A DNA stretch of 64,000 bases from Chloroflexota bacterium (GCA_011523785.1 WTFW01000083.1:9-64008), one strand, 5' to 3'; numbered from the stretch's first letter, positions 8,533-18,579 are shown. A program made the numbers and translations. Notes: generated from the sequence alone by a model not told the origin.

Positions 8533-10012
8533 AGGTCGATTCCTCCGAGACGCCGAGCGCCTGGAGTACGCCTCGCGCCTTGTGCTGGGTCTCGGCGTAC
8601 TCCAGATCAGCGTCCGACTCCGACACGATCCCGGCGCCCACATGCAGGTGCCCCACGCCCCGCTGCCGTTGCACGGTGCGGATTGTCAGGCTGGCGGTGA
8701 GCCCGCCGTCGAAGCCCAGCGCAAATACGCTGCCGCAGTAGGCGCCGCGGCGGACAGGTTCCAGCTCGTCGATAATCTCCGAGGCGCGGATCTTTGGAGC
8801 CCCGGTAATCGAGCCACCGGGCCAACAAGCTTCCAAAAGGTTGGCCGCCGAGACACCGGGACCAAGCTCGCCCCGGACCTCCGAGACCAGTTGCCACACG
8901 GTCGGTAGCGCCTCGGCCTGCCAGAGCACCGGCACGCTGATGGATCCGGGGCGGCACACGCGCCCGAAGTCGTTGCGCAGCACGTCCACGATCATCACGT
9001 TTTCCGCCCGGTCCTTGGGACTGGACCGCAGCCGGGCTTCGGCGGCGGCGTCCAGGGCGCGGGTTGCGGCCCGCGGTGTCGTGCCCTTGATGGGACGCGT
9101 TCGCGTCTGGCCGCCGGGATCGACGCGCAGGAAGAGCTCTGGCGACGCGCTGGCCAGCTCGAGTCCGTCCGCGTCCAGGTAGGCGCCGAATGGCGACGGA
9201 TGCTCCGCCGCGAGTCGTCGAAACATCTCCAATCCCGGCTCCGGCGCGTCGAATTCGATCCGGCGCGCCAGGTTCACCTGGTAACAGTCGCCAGCGGCGA
9301 TGTAGTCCTTGACCGCCGATACCCAGTGTCCGAACCGGTAGCTATTCGCGTTCGTATGAGCGGTTCGTGGCGCGGCTGGCATGGGCGGGGTCTCGCGCAC
9401 GCGCAGGCGTGACTGCACCTGGGCGGAGATGTCGTCGGGGTCGCGACCACCATGCGACGTGGCGATAATCCAGCCGTCACCGCTATGCGCGTCGCGCGCC
9501 AGCACCCAGTCGTACACGCCAAACCGCATCAGGTCAGTGGGCGCAGGTCCCGGACAGCGGCCAGGCAGGACTTCAAGCTCGTAAGCGGCGTCGTAGGCGA
9601 TGTAGCCAATGGCCCCGCCAGGGAATGGAGGAAGCGGGCCGTCGCCGCTTGGCGCAACGCAAGGAACGACCCTGTCGAGGGCCGAGAAGCCGTTGCCCGG
9701 CAGCGGGCCCCAGACCTCGGAGACCACGCCATGGGATGTCCACCGCACCGTGTCGACTGGGTCGGCCGCCAAATAGGACCAGCGGCCCTCGCCGCCGAGG
9801 TCCGAGCCTCCCTCCAGCACAGCCAGCCCGGGCAGGTCGCGGTACCCGTCGGCCACCAGGCGCAGAGGGGGCAGCCCGCCAATCCGCCGCACGCGGCGTG
9901 ACTGTCCGTTCGCGTGGATCCGGGGCACGATGTCGGTGGCGCGGGCAGCGGGCAGGGAGACTGGTGGCATGAACGGACGCCGTGAGACCCGGCGCGGAAT
10001 GGGGCCGCTCAT
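8480..10012 (-). CDS. Chorismate-binding enzyme, aminodeoxychorismate/anthranilate synthase component I (PabB/TrpE family; PabB-like)
   Basis: 510 aa with PIKGTTPR and GGSITGAPKIRASEIIDELEPVRRGAYCGSV motifs. No trpG or other trp genes are adjacent. The 3' end overlaps the convergent DUF4126 gene by 53 nt. Confidence 0.88.
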   Translation of the reverse strand: MSGPIPRRVSRRPFMPPVSLPAARATDIVPRIHANGQSRRVRRIGGLPPLRLVADGYRDLPGLAVLEGGSDLGGEGRWSYLAADPVDTVRWTSHGVVSEVWGPLPGNGFSALDRVVPCVAPSGDGPLPPFPGGAIGYIAYDAAYELEVLPGRCPGPAPTDLMRFGVYDWVLARDAHSGDGWIIATSHGGRDPDDISAQVQSRLRVRETPPMPAAPRTAHTNANSYRFGHWVSAVKDYIAAGDCYQVNLARRIEFDAPEPGLEMFRRLAAEHPSPFGAYLDADGLELASASPELFLRVDPGGQTRTRPIKGTTPRAATRALDAAAEARLRSSPKDRAENVMIVDVLRNDFGRVCRPGSISVPVLWQAEALPTVWQLVSEVRGELGPGVSAANLLEACWPGGSITGAPKIRASEIIDELEPVRRGAYCGSVFALGFDGGLTASLTIRTVQRQRGVGHLHVGAGIVSESDADLEYAETQHKARGVLQALGVSEESTSKSAPRHPSGGPPIPPP

Positions 10013-10048
10013 CCTAGCGCCGCCCCGCCGGATGCCGTCGACTCCCCC

Positions 10049-10068
10049 AATGTTTCACGTGAAACATT
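10049..10068. promoter_or_regulatory. Perfect 20-bp palindrome AATGTTTCACGTGAAACATT in a divergent promoter region; candidate operator
   Basis: Read directly. It lies between the start codons at 10012 (-) and 10085 (+). The 16-bp core recurs at 16137..16152. Confidence 0.5.
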
Positions 10069-10084
10069 CGGCCGGACCAACCCG

Positions 10085-11101
10085 ATGAGCCTGCCGACCG
10101 GCAAGCTGCCGTTGCCGCTGTTGCGTGAGGCGCTGGGCCGAGTCCCGCGCCGCGACCCGGCGGTGTTCGTGGGAGCGGAACCCGGCGAGGACGCCGCGGT
10201 GATTGACGTTGGCGGCCCCGAACTCCTGGTCGCCGCCGCCGACCCCGTCACCTTCGCGGCAGCCGATATTGGAACCTATCTGTTGGCGGTTAACGGCAAC
10301 GACCTGGCCGTGACCGGCGCCGAGCCTCGCTGGCTGCTGGCCACCGTGCTGGCGCCGGCTGGGACCACCGCGCATGAAATCCAGGCGCTCCTGGACGACG
10401 TGACCACAGCCTGCGCCGCCGCCGAGGTGGCGTTGGTGGGCGGGCACACGGAGATCACCGACAGCGTCGCTTCCCCGGTCGTTGCCGGGGCGCTGCTGGG
10501 CACCGTGGCGCCCGAGGCGCTGGTACGCACCTCCGGCGCACGCCCGGGCGACGCGCTGCTGTTGGCGGGCGAGCTGGCCGTCGAGGGCACCGCTATTCTG
10601 GCCGGGGACCATGCCGGCACCCTGCGACGAGCTGGCGTCGCCGAATCGGACATTGACGCGGGGATCAGCAGGCTTCACTCGCCCGGCATTTCAGTTCGAC
10701 CCGCCGCCGCGGCGCTGCGGGCAGCCGCTGATGTCCATGCCATGCACGACCCCACCGAGGGCGGCCTGGCCGCCGCGCTTCACGAATTGGCCGAGGCCGC
10801 CGAGGTCGGTGTAGCGGTGGATCGTGATGCGGTGCCGGTGCTCCCGGAGTGCCGCCGCATCTGCCGCGCACTGGAGTTAGACCCGTATGCGCTCCTGGCC
10901 TCCGGGGCCCTGCTGGCCAGCCTGCCGGCCGCGCAGGCGCCCGCGGCCGTGGCGGCTCTTCGAGAGGCGGGCCTGGCCGCCGCCATCATCGGAGCAGTCA
11001 CCGCGGCGTGCGGTGGCCGGCGTTGGACGGTCGCAGGGAATAACGTACCCATTCCCATGGTCGAGCGCGACGAACTGGCCAACTTCCTGGAATCGCGCTG
11101 A
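10085..11101 (+). CDS. AIR synthase-related protein (PurM/HypE/ThiL/SelD superfamily)
   Basis: 338 aa. GEDAAVIDVG...AADPVTF N-domain and GGHTEI motif, followed by the C-terminal AIRS_C-like region (MHDPTEGGLAAALHELA). Confidence 0.8.
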   Translation: MSLPTGKLPLPLLREALGRVPRRDPAVFVGAEPGEDAAVIDVGGPELLVAAADPVTFAAADIGTYLLAVNGNDLAVTGAEPRWLLATVLAPAGTTAHEIQALLDDVTTACAAAEVALVGGHTEITDSVASPVVAGALLGTVAPEALVRTSGARPGDALLLAGELAVEGTAILAGDHAGTLRRAGVAESDIDAGISRLHSPGISVRPAAAALRAAADVHAMHDPTEGGLAAALHELAEAAEVGVAVDRDAVPVLPECRRICRALELDPYALLASGALLASLPAAQAPAAVAALREAGLAAAIIGAVTAACGGRRWTVAGNNVPIPMVERDELANFLESR

Positions 11102-11160
11102 CTCGTACTCGCGAACCCCTGTAGTCTTCGAGCGCGTCGACGCAGGAGTCGGAGCCCTGG

Positions 11161-13077
11161 TCAGTTTGCTGTGACGCATGTGGGCGGGCACGGTGTCTTG
11201 GAAGAACGTTCACCGGACGGTTGCGGCATTTCCAGCGGAAGCCCCTCGGGCAGGCGTACGATGTCCCGATCTTCAAGCAGGCGTAGGTGGTCCCACACGA
11301 AGCCATGTGCTTCGAAGATTTCGAGACTGGGTATCCAGCGACGTTCGCCGCCCGCAATCAGGTAGACGCGGTCGTCGCTGCCCTTGATCAAGTCGCCGTC
11401 TCGTACGGCGACGGGGAGGAACACCTGATAGAAGGCACCCTCCTGGACGACGGCAAAGTCCCGCTCGTACTCTGGCGTAGTTCTCTGTAAGTACAGACCC
11501 CGTCCACTCTGCAAAATGCCCTCGGCCTGATCAATTCCCATTGTTTCATACGCGGTAAGCCGAACCTCAAGGTTCTTGTCGGCCCCAATACCGTCAACAA
11601 AAAGCGCGTACCGGTGATGCCACGATGATGTCCAGTTCGTCATGTACACGCTATCAGGAACCATGTGTTCAAGCTGCAATCTCGCATGGGTGTGGTGAGA
11701 CTTCGAGTGCTTCCAAAGATCGTTGATATTCTCTCCTGGATCGCCTGTCATCTGGACCTGCACGCGCAGCCCGGCGGCAACCAGCATGAAGACCGACAGC
11801 GCATACATGGCTGGTCGAATGTGTCGGTTGAGATCCAATCGAGCAAAGGCCTCTCGCGCAACCACCAGTACAAGAGCTAAACCTCCTGCCAACCATATGC
11901 CGAGAATCACGTAGATAACCGAATAGTAACGGGCATAGTTCACTATCTGATAACTACCAACGAGCCGGAATGTGAACCATGATGTCACTGCGACCGTCCC
12001 TAGCGTCCATACGGCAAGACGCCAGTCACGCGCCGTAACTAAGAATGCGCCTGCAATTAGTAAAGCTATCCAAATCCATCCATACTCACGTTGTAAGTCC
12101 GTGTTGAGCTCGTGCCAGCCGGCCGGCAGGGTGCCGGCATTCTCGAGAATGCTGTCGATTAGGCTCACGCCTCCGGGGGCGGCCGTGCGCGCGCCGACCT
12201 GCTCCCAGATCTCCGGGAAGCTCAGCAGCGTCGGGGCCTCTGGCCGGTTGAGCACTACCGGAGTCCAGAGCGCGCGCAGCAGATATGCCCACGGTGTCAG
12301 GCCCAGAACGAAAGCGCCGACGGACATGGCCGCCTCGTGCAGACGCGGCCGTCGCAGCGGCAACCGGAACAGGACATACGCTGCCGTGAATGGAAGCATG
12401 AAGAGGCTCAGGCCGTGATTGGTAAGCGAGAGGCCGGTGACAAAGGCCACGGCTGCGGTTCTGGCCGCTGTCGGTTGCCGCTGGAATGCTCTCAGCGCGA
12501 CCACCACGCTAAGCACCAGGACGGTCTGCAGGCTGAACGGCCACGCTTCCACGGCGAGCGCCCAGATTCGGAACCCCGTCGCGAACACGACGGCGGCTGT
12601 AATCGCGGCCACCCAGGACTGGGTGACATCCCGCGCCACGATGAAGAGCAATACGGTCGCCAGCGCCGCCAGTGTCGCGTTGACAATGCTCGCCGCGTGC
12701 GCCGGCTCCAGGAACCCCAGGGCGTGGGAGCCCGCGAAAAGCAGGATCATGAGCAGCGGGTACGTGGGCGGATGCGGGATGCCGCCCAGATACCCAAGTG
12801 TCTGGAACTCGCCGCGGTCGCCACCGTTCACGTAGGGCACCGCGCTTAGCCAGTAGAAGGGCAAGGCCAGCCCGGCGAGTGCCGCGACTGGCGCCCAAAA
12901 CTGGACCCCGGGTCGGGCTGCAACGGAGGCATACGTCAGCCGGAGCCTGTCTAGAGTTTCCAACGCGCGAATCGTGTTGTCTCCGGCTGCGGGCCTGGGT
13001 GAAGTGGGCGTCCGTCCGCGGGCGGAACCCTCAGCGGCCTCTTGGCTGCGGCCTCGCAGTGTAGCTACGCCCGACAT
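11161..13077 (-). CDS. DUF2723-family membrane protein (TMEM260-like putative protein O-mannosyltransferase, GT-C fold)
   Basis: 638 aa. N-terminal motif VNGGDRGEFQTLGYLGGIPHPPTYPL is typical of DUF2723. About 10 TM segments and a soluble C-terminal domain. Confidence 0.8.
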   Translation of the reverse strand: MSGVATLRGRSQEAAEGSARGRTPTSPRPAAGDNTIRALETLDRLRLTYASVAARPGVQFWAPVAALAGLALPFYWLSAVPYVNGGDRGEFQTLGYLGGIPHPPTYPLLMILLFAGSHALGFLEPAHAASIVNATLAALATVLLFIVARDVTQSWVAAITAAVVFATGFRIWALAVEAWPFSLQTVLVLSVVVALRAFQRQPTAARTAAVAFVTGLSLTNHGLSLFMLPFTAAYVLFRLPLRRPRLHEAAMSVGAFVLGLTPWAYLLRALWTPVVLNRPEAPTLLSFPEIWEQVGARTAAPGGVSLIDSILENAGTLPAGWHELNTDLQREYGWIWIALLIAGAFLVTARDWRLAVWTLGTVAVTSWFTFRLVGSYQIVNYARYYSVIYVILGIWLAGGLALVLVVAREAFARLDLNRHIRPAMYALSVFMLVAAGLRVQVQMTGDPGENINDLWKHSKSHHTHARLQLEHMVPDSVYMTNWTSSWHHRYALFVDGIGADKNLEVRLTAYETMGIDQAEGILQSGRGLYLQRTTPEYERDFAVVQEGAFYQVFLPVAVRDGDLIKGSDDRVYLIAGGERRWIPSLEIFEAHGFVWDHLRLLEDRDIVRLPEGLPLEMPQPSGERSSKTPCPPTCVTAN

Positions 13078-13218
13078 TGCCGAACCACTTCTGGTCGCGG
13101 GTCGCCCCGGTTGCTGTGCCGGTGCGCAACCAGCGCAGATGGTCCGGCAGCCGCTCCAAGTGCAGCGCCGGTACTATTCACCGGAAAGGCTCTTCACAGG
13201 CGCGTCTCGCCTACGTAA

Positions 13219-14259
13219 ATGATCGATCTACGCAGCGATACCCTGACCATCCCCACGCCTGCCATGCGCCGGGCCATGGCGGAGGCCGAGGTCGGCGACG
13301 ACGTCTTTGGTGAGGACCCGACGGTGCGCTCGCTGGAACAGCGCTGCGCCGAGATGTTCGGCATGGAAGCCGGGCTGCTCGTCGCCAGCGGTACCCAGGG
13401 GAATCTCTGTTCGCTGCTAACCCATTGCCGTCCGAGGCAAGAAGTCATTGCCGAACGCGGCTGTCACGTCGTGACCTGGGAGGTTGGCGGCTGGGCATCG
13501 CTGGTCGGGGTCACCATGGCCGCCGTGGATGCGCCCAATGGCATCCTGACGCGCGATCTGATTCGCGGCGCCGTCAAAGCGCCGAATGTCCACCTGGTGG
13601 ACTCGCGCCTGGTCTGGATTGAGAACACGCACAACACGGCGGGCGGCACCTGCACGCCGCCGGACCGCATGGCCGAACTGGTGCAGACCGCCCACGATCT
13701 GAGCCTGCGGGTGCACGTGGACGGCGCCCGCATTTTCAACGCCGCCGCCGCGCTGGAGTGTCCCGTCGCCGACTTGGTGCAGGGGGCCGACAGCGTGCAG
13801 TTCTGCCTGTCCAAGGGTTTGGGCGCGCCGGTTGGATCCCTGTTGCTGGGATCGCATAACTACATTCACGAAGCGCGGCGCGTTCGAAAAATGGTCGGGG
13901 GCGGAATGCGCCAGGCTGGCGTCCTCGCCGCGGCCGGCCATGTGGCGTTGGACGAAATCCCCCAGCGCCTTCCGCAGGACCACGCCAACGCGCGCCTGCT
14001 GGCCGAGCTTCTGAGCGACACCCCCGGCCTGACCGTTGACCCGGACGCGGTGGCCACCAACCTGGTGTTCTTCGACATCGGGCCGGAACTGGGCCTGCCG
14101 ACGGAGTTTGAGGCCCGGCTGGACGCGGCAGGCGTGCGCGTCGTCGGCTTCAACGAGACCGGCCGCTGCCGCGCCGTGACCTACCACCAGGTCTCCACAG
14201 ACGACATCCAGCGGGCGGCCGAGATCATCCACGACTGCGCCGTCGACGTCGGCGGCTGA
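13219..14259 (+). CDS. ltaE: Low-specificity L-threonine aldolase
   Basis: MIDLRSDTLTIPTPAMRRAMAEAEVGDDVFGEDPTV N-terminus, and the CLSKGLGAPVGS PLP-lysine region. Confidence 0.9.
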   Translation: MIDLRSDTLTIPTPAMRRAMAEAEVGDDVFGEDPTVRSLEQRCAEMFGMEAGLLVASGTQGNLCSLLTHCRPRQEVIAERGCHVVTWEVGGWASLVGVTMAAVDAPNGILTRDLIRGAVKAPNVHLVDSRLVWIENTHNTAGGTCTPPDRMAELVQTAHDLSLRVHVDGARIFNAAAALECPVADLVQGADSVQFCLSKGLGAPVGSLLLGSHNYIHEARRVRKMVGGGMRQAGVLAAAGHVALDEIPQRLPQDHANARLLAELLSDTPGLTVDPDAVATNLVFFDIGPELGLPTEFEARLDAAGVRVVGFNETGRCRAVTYHQVSTDDIQRAAEIIHDCAVDVGG

Positions 14260-14260
14260 C

Positions 14261-15283
14261 ATGCGCATCCTGGTCACCGGCGCGACCGGGAACCTGGGTC
14301 CGTTCGTCATCCAGGCGCTGCGCCACGACGGCCACGACGTGCGGGCCCTGGTTCGCGAAGCCAGCGACCGCGCGTGGCTCAATGCCAACCGCGTTGAATC
14401 GATCGAAGGCGACATCCTTCAGCCGGACTCGCTGGGCGCGGCAGTGGACGGCATGGCCGCCGTTATCCACCTGGCCGGCCTGCACGACTCCTGGGCTCCT
14501 CGCGCCCAGGAATTCTTTGACCTCAACGTGGACGGCGCCTGCAACGTGCGCGACGCCGCCCGTGCGGCCGGCGTCCACCGCCTGGTCTTTGTGAGTAGCG
14601 GCTCGACCATCGGCGAAGAGGAAGACGAGGTGGGCACGGAGGACACCGAACGCCGCGACTACGCGCTCAGCGACTACGAACGATCCAAGGTCGAGGCCGA
14701 AGCCGCTCTGCTGGAGGATGGTTCGCCGCTCGACGTCGTGATCGTGAATCCTGCCACCGTCTACGGGCCGGGGGACGCCTCGGGCACCGGCCAGGCGTTG
14801 ATCGGCGCGCTCAGCGGCCGCCTCGGCGTGTCGGTGGACGTGCCGGTGGCCTGGGTGTACGTCAAGGACGTGGCGCGCGGGATCGCGTCGGCGCTGGTGC
14901 GCGGGCGGCCAGGCGAACGCTACATCCTGGCCAGCCACAACCTGTCACGCCTCGCCTTTCTGCAGCGCGCGGTCGACCTGGCCGACCTTGAGTACCAGAT
15001 CAAGCCGGCCTCGCCGCTGGCGTGGCAGGCGTTCGGCTTGATCTACAGCCTGCCGGCCTGGATCAAGCGCCAGCGCCCGGTGATCTCGCGGGCCGCGGTG
15101 CGGATTGCGCTGCACGGCAGCCAGCTTGACGGGTCCAAAGCCGAGCGCGACCTTGGCTTGAAGTACACGCCGCTGGATGATGGCCTGAACGCAACGCTGG
15201 ACTGGCTGCACGAGGCCGAGCTCGTGGACCTCCCCGAAGAAGATGACGATGAACCAGACGACGAACCTGCCCAGCGACCCTGA
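14261..15283 (+). CDS. NAD-dependent epimerase/dehydratase (SDR family)
   Basis: MRILVTGATGNLG Rossmann motif and a YxxxK region (YERSKVEAE). Acidic C-terminal tail. Confidence 0.85.
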   Translation: MRILVTGATGNLGPFVIQALRHDGHDVRALVREASDRAWLNANRVESIEGDILQPDSLGAAVDGMAAVIHLAGLHDSWAPRAQEFFDLNVDGACNVRDAARAAGVHRLVFVSSGSTIGEEEDEVGTEDTERRDYALSDYERSKVEAEAALLEDGSPLDVVIVNPATVYGPGDASGTGQALIGALSGRLGVSVDVPVAWVYVKDVARGIASALVRGRPGERYILASHNLSRLAFLQRAVDLADLEYQIKPASPLAWQAFGLIYSLPAWIKRQRPVISRAAVRIALHGSQLDGSKAERDLGLKYTPLDDGLNATLDWLHEAELVDLPEEDDDEPDDEPAQRP

Positions 15284-15971
15284 CGTCGAGGCCGACACCC
15301 GCGATTACTACCGCGCGCGCGCGCCGGAGTTCGAGCAGTGGATCCTGCGCGAAGGCCGCTACGCGCACGGCGCCGAGGCTGACGCCGCCTGGCATGACGA
15401 GATGGCTGAATTGCAGCGATTCGTGGGGTCACTAACCGACGGGTCCGTCTTCGAAGTCGCTGCGGGCACCGGCTGGTGGACGCGGCTGCTGGCCCAGCGC
15501 AACCGCGTGGTGGCCTCGGACTACGCGCCCGAAATGCTTGAGGAGGCCCGCCGGCGAGATGGGGCGGACGTCCCGCTCGGACGCTGCCGGGCCGATGCGT
15601 ACCGGCTGCCGGCCGCCGACGGCGCCTGGGACGCCTGCATGTTCGGGTTCTGGCTGAGCCACGTGCCGGTCCCGCGCTCGGCCGAATTCATCCGCGAGGC
15701 GGCGCGCATCGTGCGACCGGGTGGATGGATCGTGCTGGTGGACTCGCGGCAGGCGGAACACTCGGGGGCGTCGGACCAGTACGTCAAGGGCGAACGCGTG
15801 CAGCGGCAGCACCGGCGGCTGAACGACGGCCGCGAATTCACGATCTGGAAAATCTACTGGTCGCCGGATGAGCTTCGATCGCTGCTTGGCCTCGTCTGCT
15901 CTGAAGTCGAGGTCATCGAGACCGACCACTTCTTCATCGGCGCCCGCGGCCGCGTTGCGAGTCCGGCCTGA
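15243..15971 (+). CDS. Class I SAM-dependent methyltransferase
   Basis: VFEVAAGTGWWT motif I and IVRPGGWIVLVD post-II region. Overlaps the upstream SDR gene by 41 nt. Confidence 0.85.
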   Translation: MTMNQTTNLPSDPDVEADTRDYYRARAPEFEQWILREGRYAHGAEADAAWHDEMAELQRFVGSLTDGSVFEVAAGTGWWTRLLAQRNRVVASDYAPEMLEEARRRDGADVPLGRCRADAYRLPAADGAWDACMFGFWLSHVPVPRSAEFIREAARIVRPGGWIVLVDSRQAEHSGASDQYVKGERVQRQHRRLNDGREFTIWKIYWSPDELRSLLGLVCSEVEVIETDHFFIGARGRVASPA

Positions 15972-16136
15972 CGGGCAGAGCCTTCAAGGCAGAGCCGGGA
16001 ACCTTCAAGTTGAGGTCGTGCCTGTCGAGCCGAGGTGGCCTTCAAGCCGGCTCACACGCTCTTCGATCGGGCCATGGCCCGTCCTTGCCACGATTCCGAC
16101 TCGTGCGCGCCTGCACCTGATCCGAGGGCAGGCGAT

Positions 16137-16152
16137 TGTTTCACGTGAAACA
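16137..16152. repeat. Second copy of the TGTTTCACGTGAAACA palindrome
   Basis: Read directly. It lies in the convergent spacer 45 nt beyond the stop of the pterin dehydratase gene. Confidence 0.5.
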
Positions 16153-16196
16153 TTGGGCTCTGACCGCCCGCAGAGGTACCTATCCCTGATGCGAGT

Positions 16197-16481
16197 CTAC
16201 GCGCCCGCCAGCTGCTCGATTTCGTCCAGCAGGGCGAAGTCCTTTTCGGTCACGCCGCCTTCGCTGTGGGTCGAGAGGGTGAAGGTGATGCGCCGGTAGT
16301 TGATGAACATGTCGGGGTGGTGGTCGGCGGCCTCGGCCGCAGGGGCCACGGCGTTGACCAGGTTGACCACGGCCATGAAATCGTCCATCTCGAACTGCTT
16401 GACCAGGGCGCCGCCCTCGTTGGTCCAGCCGGATCGCTCGGCCAGTCGAGCCTGGATGTCCTCGTCCGCTAGGAGTGCCAT
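16197..16481 (-). CDS. 4a-hydroxytetrahydrobiopterin (pterin-4a-carbinolamine) dehydratase
   Basis: 94 aa from ATG 16481. Contains AAEAADHHPDMFINYRRITFTLSTH, the family signature. Confidence 0.9.
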   Translation of the reverse strand: MALLADEDIQARLAERSGWTNEGGALVKQFEMDDFMAVVNLVNAVAPAAEAADHHPDMFINYRRITFTLSTHSEGGVTEKDFALLDEIEQLAGA

Positions 16482-16609
16482 CAAAGTCTGCCTCTCGAAT
16501 GCCGGCGTGCCGGCCTGTAAGCGAATGGTCGTCCCTATAATCTGCGCTTCGTAGGCGCAACTTTCCACTCCCGGGCCCCGCCAGCCAATCACCACCGAGA
16601 CGGACCTCC

Positions 16610-17569
16610 ATGCGTGCACTGATCACGGGCGCTGCCGGCATGTACGGGTACAACTTGACCCGGCGGCTGCTGGAAGACGACCCTGGCGCCTCGGTCGTGG
16701 CCGTGGACGACTTCTCACGCCACTTCCCGGGCGGGGAGCCGCTGACTCCCGAATTGGAAGCCGGAAGGCCCATCGAGATCGTGCGACGCGACTACGCCGA
16801 CCTCACGACGGCCGAACTGAACCGGTGGGCGCCGGACGTGATCGTGCACTTTGCCGCGCGCATCTCCGTGCCGGAGTCAATGGAACGCCCGCACGCGTAT
16901 TTCGCGAACAACGAGGCCGGCACATTTCGGTTCGCCCACGCCATCGCCGACATGACGCGCCCGCCGCTGCTGATCTACGCCTCGTCGCCCGAGGTGTACG
17001 GTCCGCCGGTCCGGGTACCCATGGATGAGGACCACCCGCTGCGTCCGGTCACCGTCTACGCGGTCAGCAAGGCCGCCTGTGAGCTGCACTGCCTGGCCTT
17101 GCACCGCTGGTGGGGCCACCCGGTCGTGGTGATCCGCAACTTCAATACATTCGGCCCGCACCAGAACATCGTGGGCTATCCGGCGGTTACGGTGGCCTTC
17201 GCGCGGCGCGCGCTGCGGGGCGAGCCGCTGCCGCTGGAGAACGGCGGCCGCCAGACGCGGGACTTTATGTTCATCGACGACGCGGTGGACGCTTACGCCC
17301 GCGTGATTGCGCGGGGTGCGGCGCTGGCCGGCTCCGTGTTCAACATCGGCACCGGGAGCGAGACGTCAATCCACGACGTGGCGCGAACCGTGCTGGCCGT
17401 CACCGGGTCCGACAGCGAGGTCGTGAACACGCCGGGTCGTCGCACTGACCTGCCCGCCCTGCGTGCCGATGCCACGCGCATTCGCGAGGCGACCGGTTGG
17501 AAGCCGGCGACGCCGTTCGAGGAGGGTATGCGGCGCACGGTGGACTGGTTGCGCGCAGTGGACGCATGA
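16610..17569 (+). CDS. NAD-dependent epimerase/dehydratase (NDP-sugar 4,6-dehydratase/4-epimerase-like)
   Basis: MRALITGAAGMYG, YAVSKAACE (YxxxK), GGRQTRDFMFIDD. Confidence 0.88.
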   Translation: MRALITGAAGMYGYNLTRRLLEDDPGASVVAVDDFSRHFPGGEPLTPELEAGRPIEIVRRDYADLTTAELNRWAPDVIVHFAARISVPESMERPHAYFANNEAGTFRFAHAIADMTRPPLLIYASSPEVYGPPVRVPMDEDHPLRPVTVYAVSKAACELHCLALHRWWGHPVVVIRNFNTFGPHQNIVGYPAVTVAFARRALRGEPLPLENGGRQTRDFMFIDDAVDAYARVIARGAALAGSVFNIGTGSETSIHDVARTVLAVTGSDSEVVNTPGRRTDLPALRADATRIREATGWKPATPFEEGMRRTVDWLRAVDA

Positions 17570-18498
17570 GCGCGCTTGTCACCGGCGGCGCCGGGTTCAT
17601 CGGTCGTCACGTCGTTGGGGAACTCCTGGATCGTGGCGTGGCGGTGCGCGCGCTGGACGATCTCTCGCGCGCCCGGCCCGGATCGCTGGAAGCGTTCGCC
17701 GGGCGGCCCGGCTACCTGGGGCTGACGCAGGGCGACGTGACCGAACCGGCGGCGCTGCGGAATGGACTCATGGGCGTCGACACGATCTTCCACCTGGCGG
17801 CTTCGGTGGACGTTGGCGCCAGCGTGCACGGCCCGGTGCAGGCGATTCGCGCCAACGTGCTCGGCACGCTCAACGTGCTGGACGCGGCGCGGGCGGCCAA
17901 CCTGCGCCTGGTCCTGGTCAGCACCTGCCACGTCTACGCATCGGCCGACGGTCCGCTTGACGAACGGGCCGTCACCGCCCCAGCCTCGCCGTACGCGGCA
18001 TCCAAGCTGGCGGGCGATGACCTGGCCGCCGGTTATCGTCGGGCCTTCGGCCTGCGCCTCAGCATCGTCCGGCCCTTCAATGTCTACGGCCCATGGCAGC
18101 GCGGCGACCTGGAAGGCGGCGTGGTCGCGCGCTTTCTGCAGGCGTCGCTGGCCGGGCGGACGCTGGAGGTGCACGGCGATGGGGCACAGACGCGCGACTT
18201 CCTCTTCGTGGAAGACGCCGCCTCGGGCATTGTGGACGCGGCGGCGGAGACGGCCGTTGGGCGCACGCTTAACCTGGCGACCGGGCGCGAAACCAGTGTT
18301 CGCGAGCTGGCGGAACTGATTGATGACGGCGCCGGTCGCGTCCGCCGGGTGCCGCACCCGCACCCCGCGGCGGAAGTGGACCGCTATGTGGGCGACGCCG
18401 CATGCGCCCGCAACCTGCTGGGCTGGCAGCCGCAAGTCACGCTGCCCGACGGCTTGGCGCGCACTCGCGCGTGGTTTGCCGAACTGGCGGCACGCTGA
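17566..18498 (+). CDS. NAD-dependent epimerase/dehydratase (second paralog, translationally coupled)
   Basis: MSALVTGGAGFIG, YAASKLAGD, DGAQTRDFLFVED. ATGA start/stop overlap with the upstream gene at 17566..17569. Confidence 0.88.
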   Translation: MSALVTGGAGFIGRHVVGELLDRGVAVRALDDLSRARPGSLEAFAGRPGYLGLTQGDVTEPAALRNGLMGVDTIFHLAASVDVGASVHGPVQAIRANVLGTLNVLDAARAANLRLVLVSTCHVYASADGPLDERAVTAPASPYAASKLAGDDLAAGYRRAFGLRLSIVRPFNVYGPWQRGDLEGGVVARFLQASLAGRTLEVHGDGAQTRDFLFVEDAASGIVDAAAETAVGRTLNLATGRETSVRELAELIDDGAGRVRRVPHPHPAAEVDRYVGDAACARNLLGWQPQVTLPDGLARTRAWFAELAAR

Positions 18499-18579
18499 CC
18501 GCGTATGCCGCCGCGCTGCGCCGCCACGTAACAGACGCGCCGATCCCCGCGTTCATAGAGCGCCAGGACCACCGTCGCC

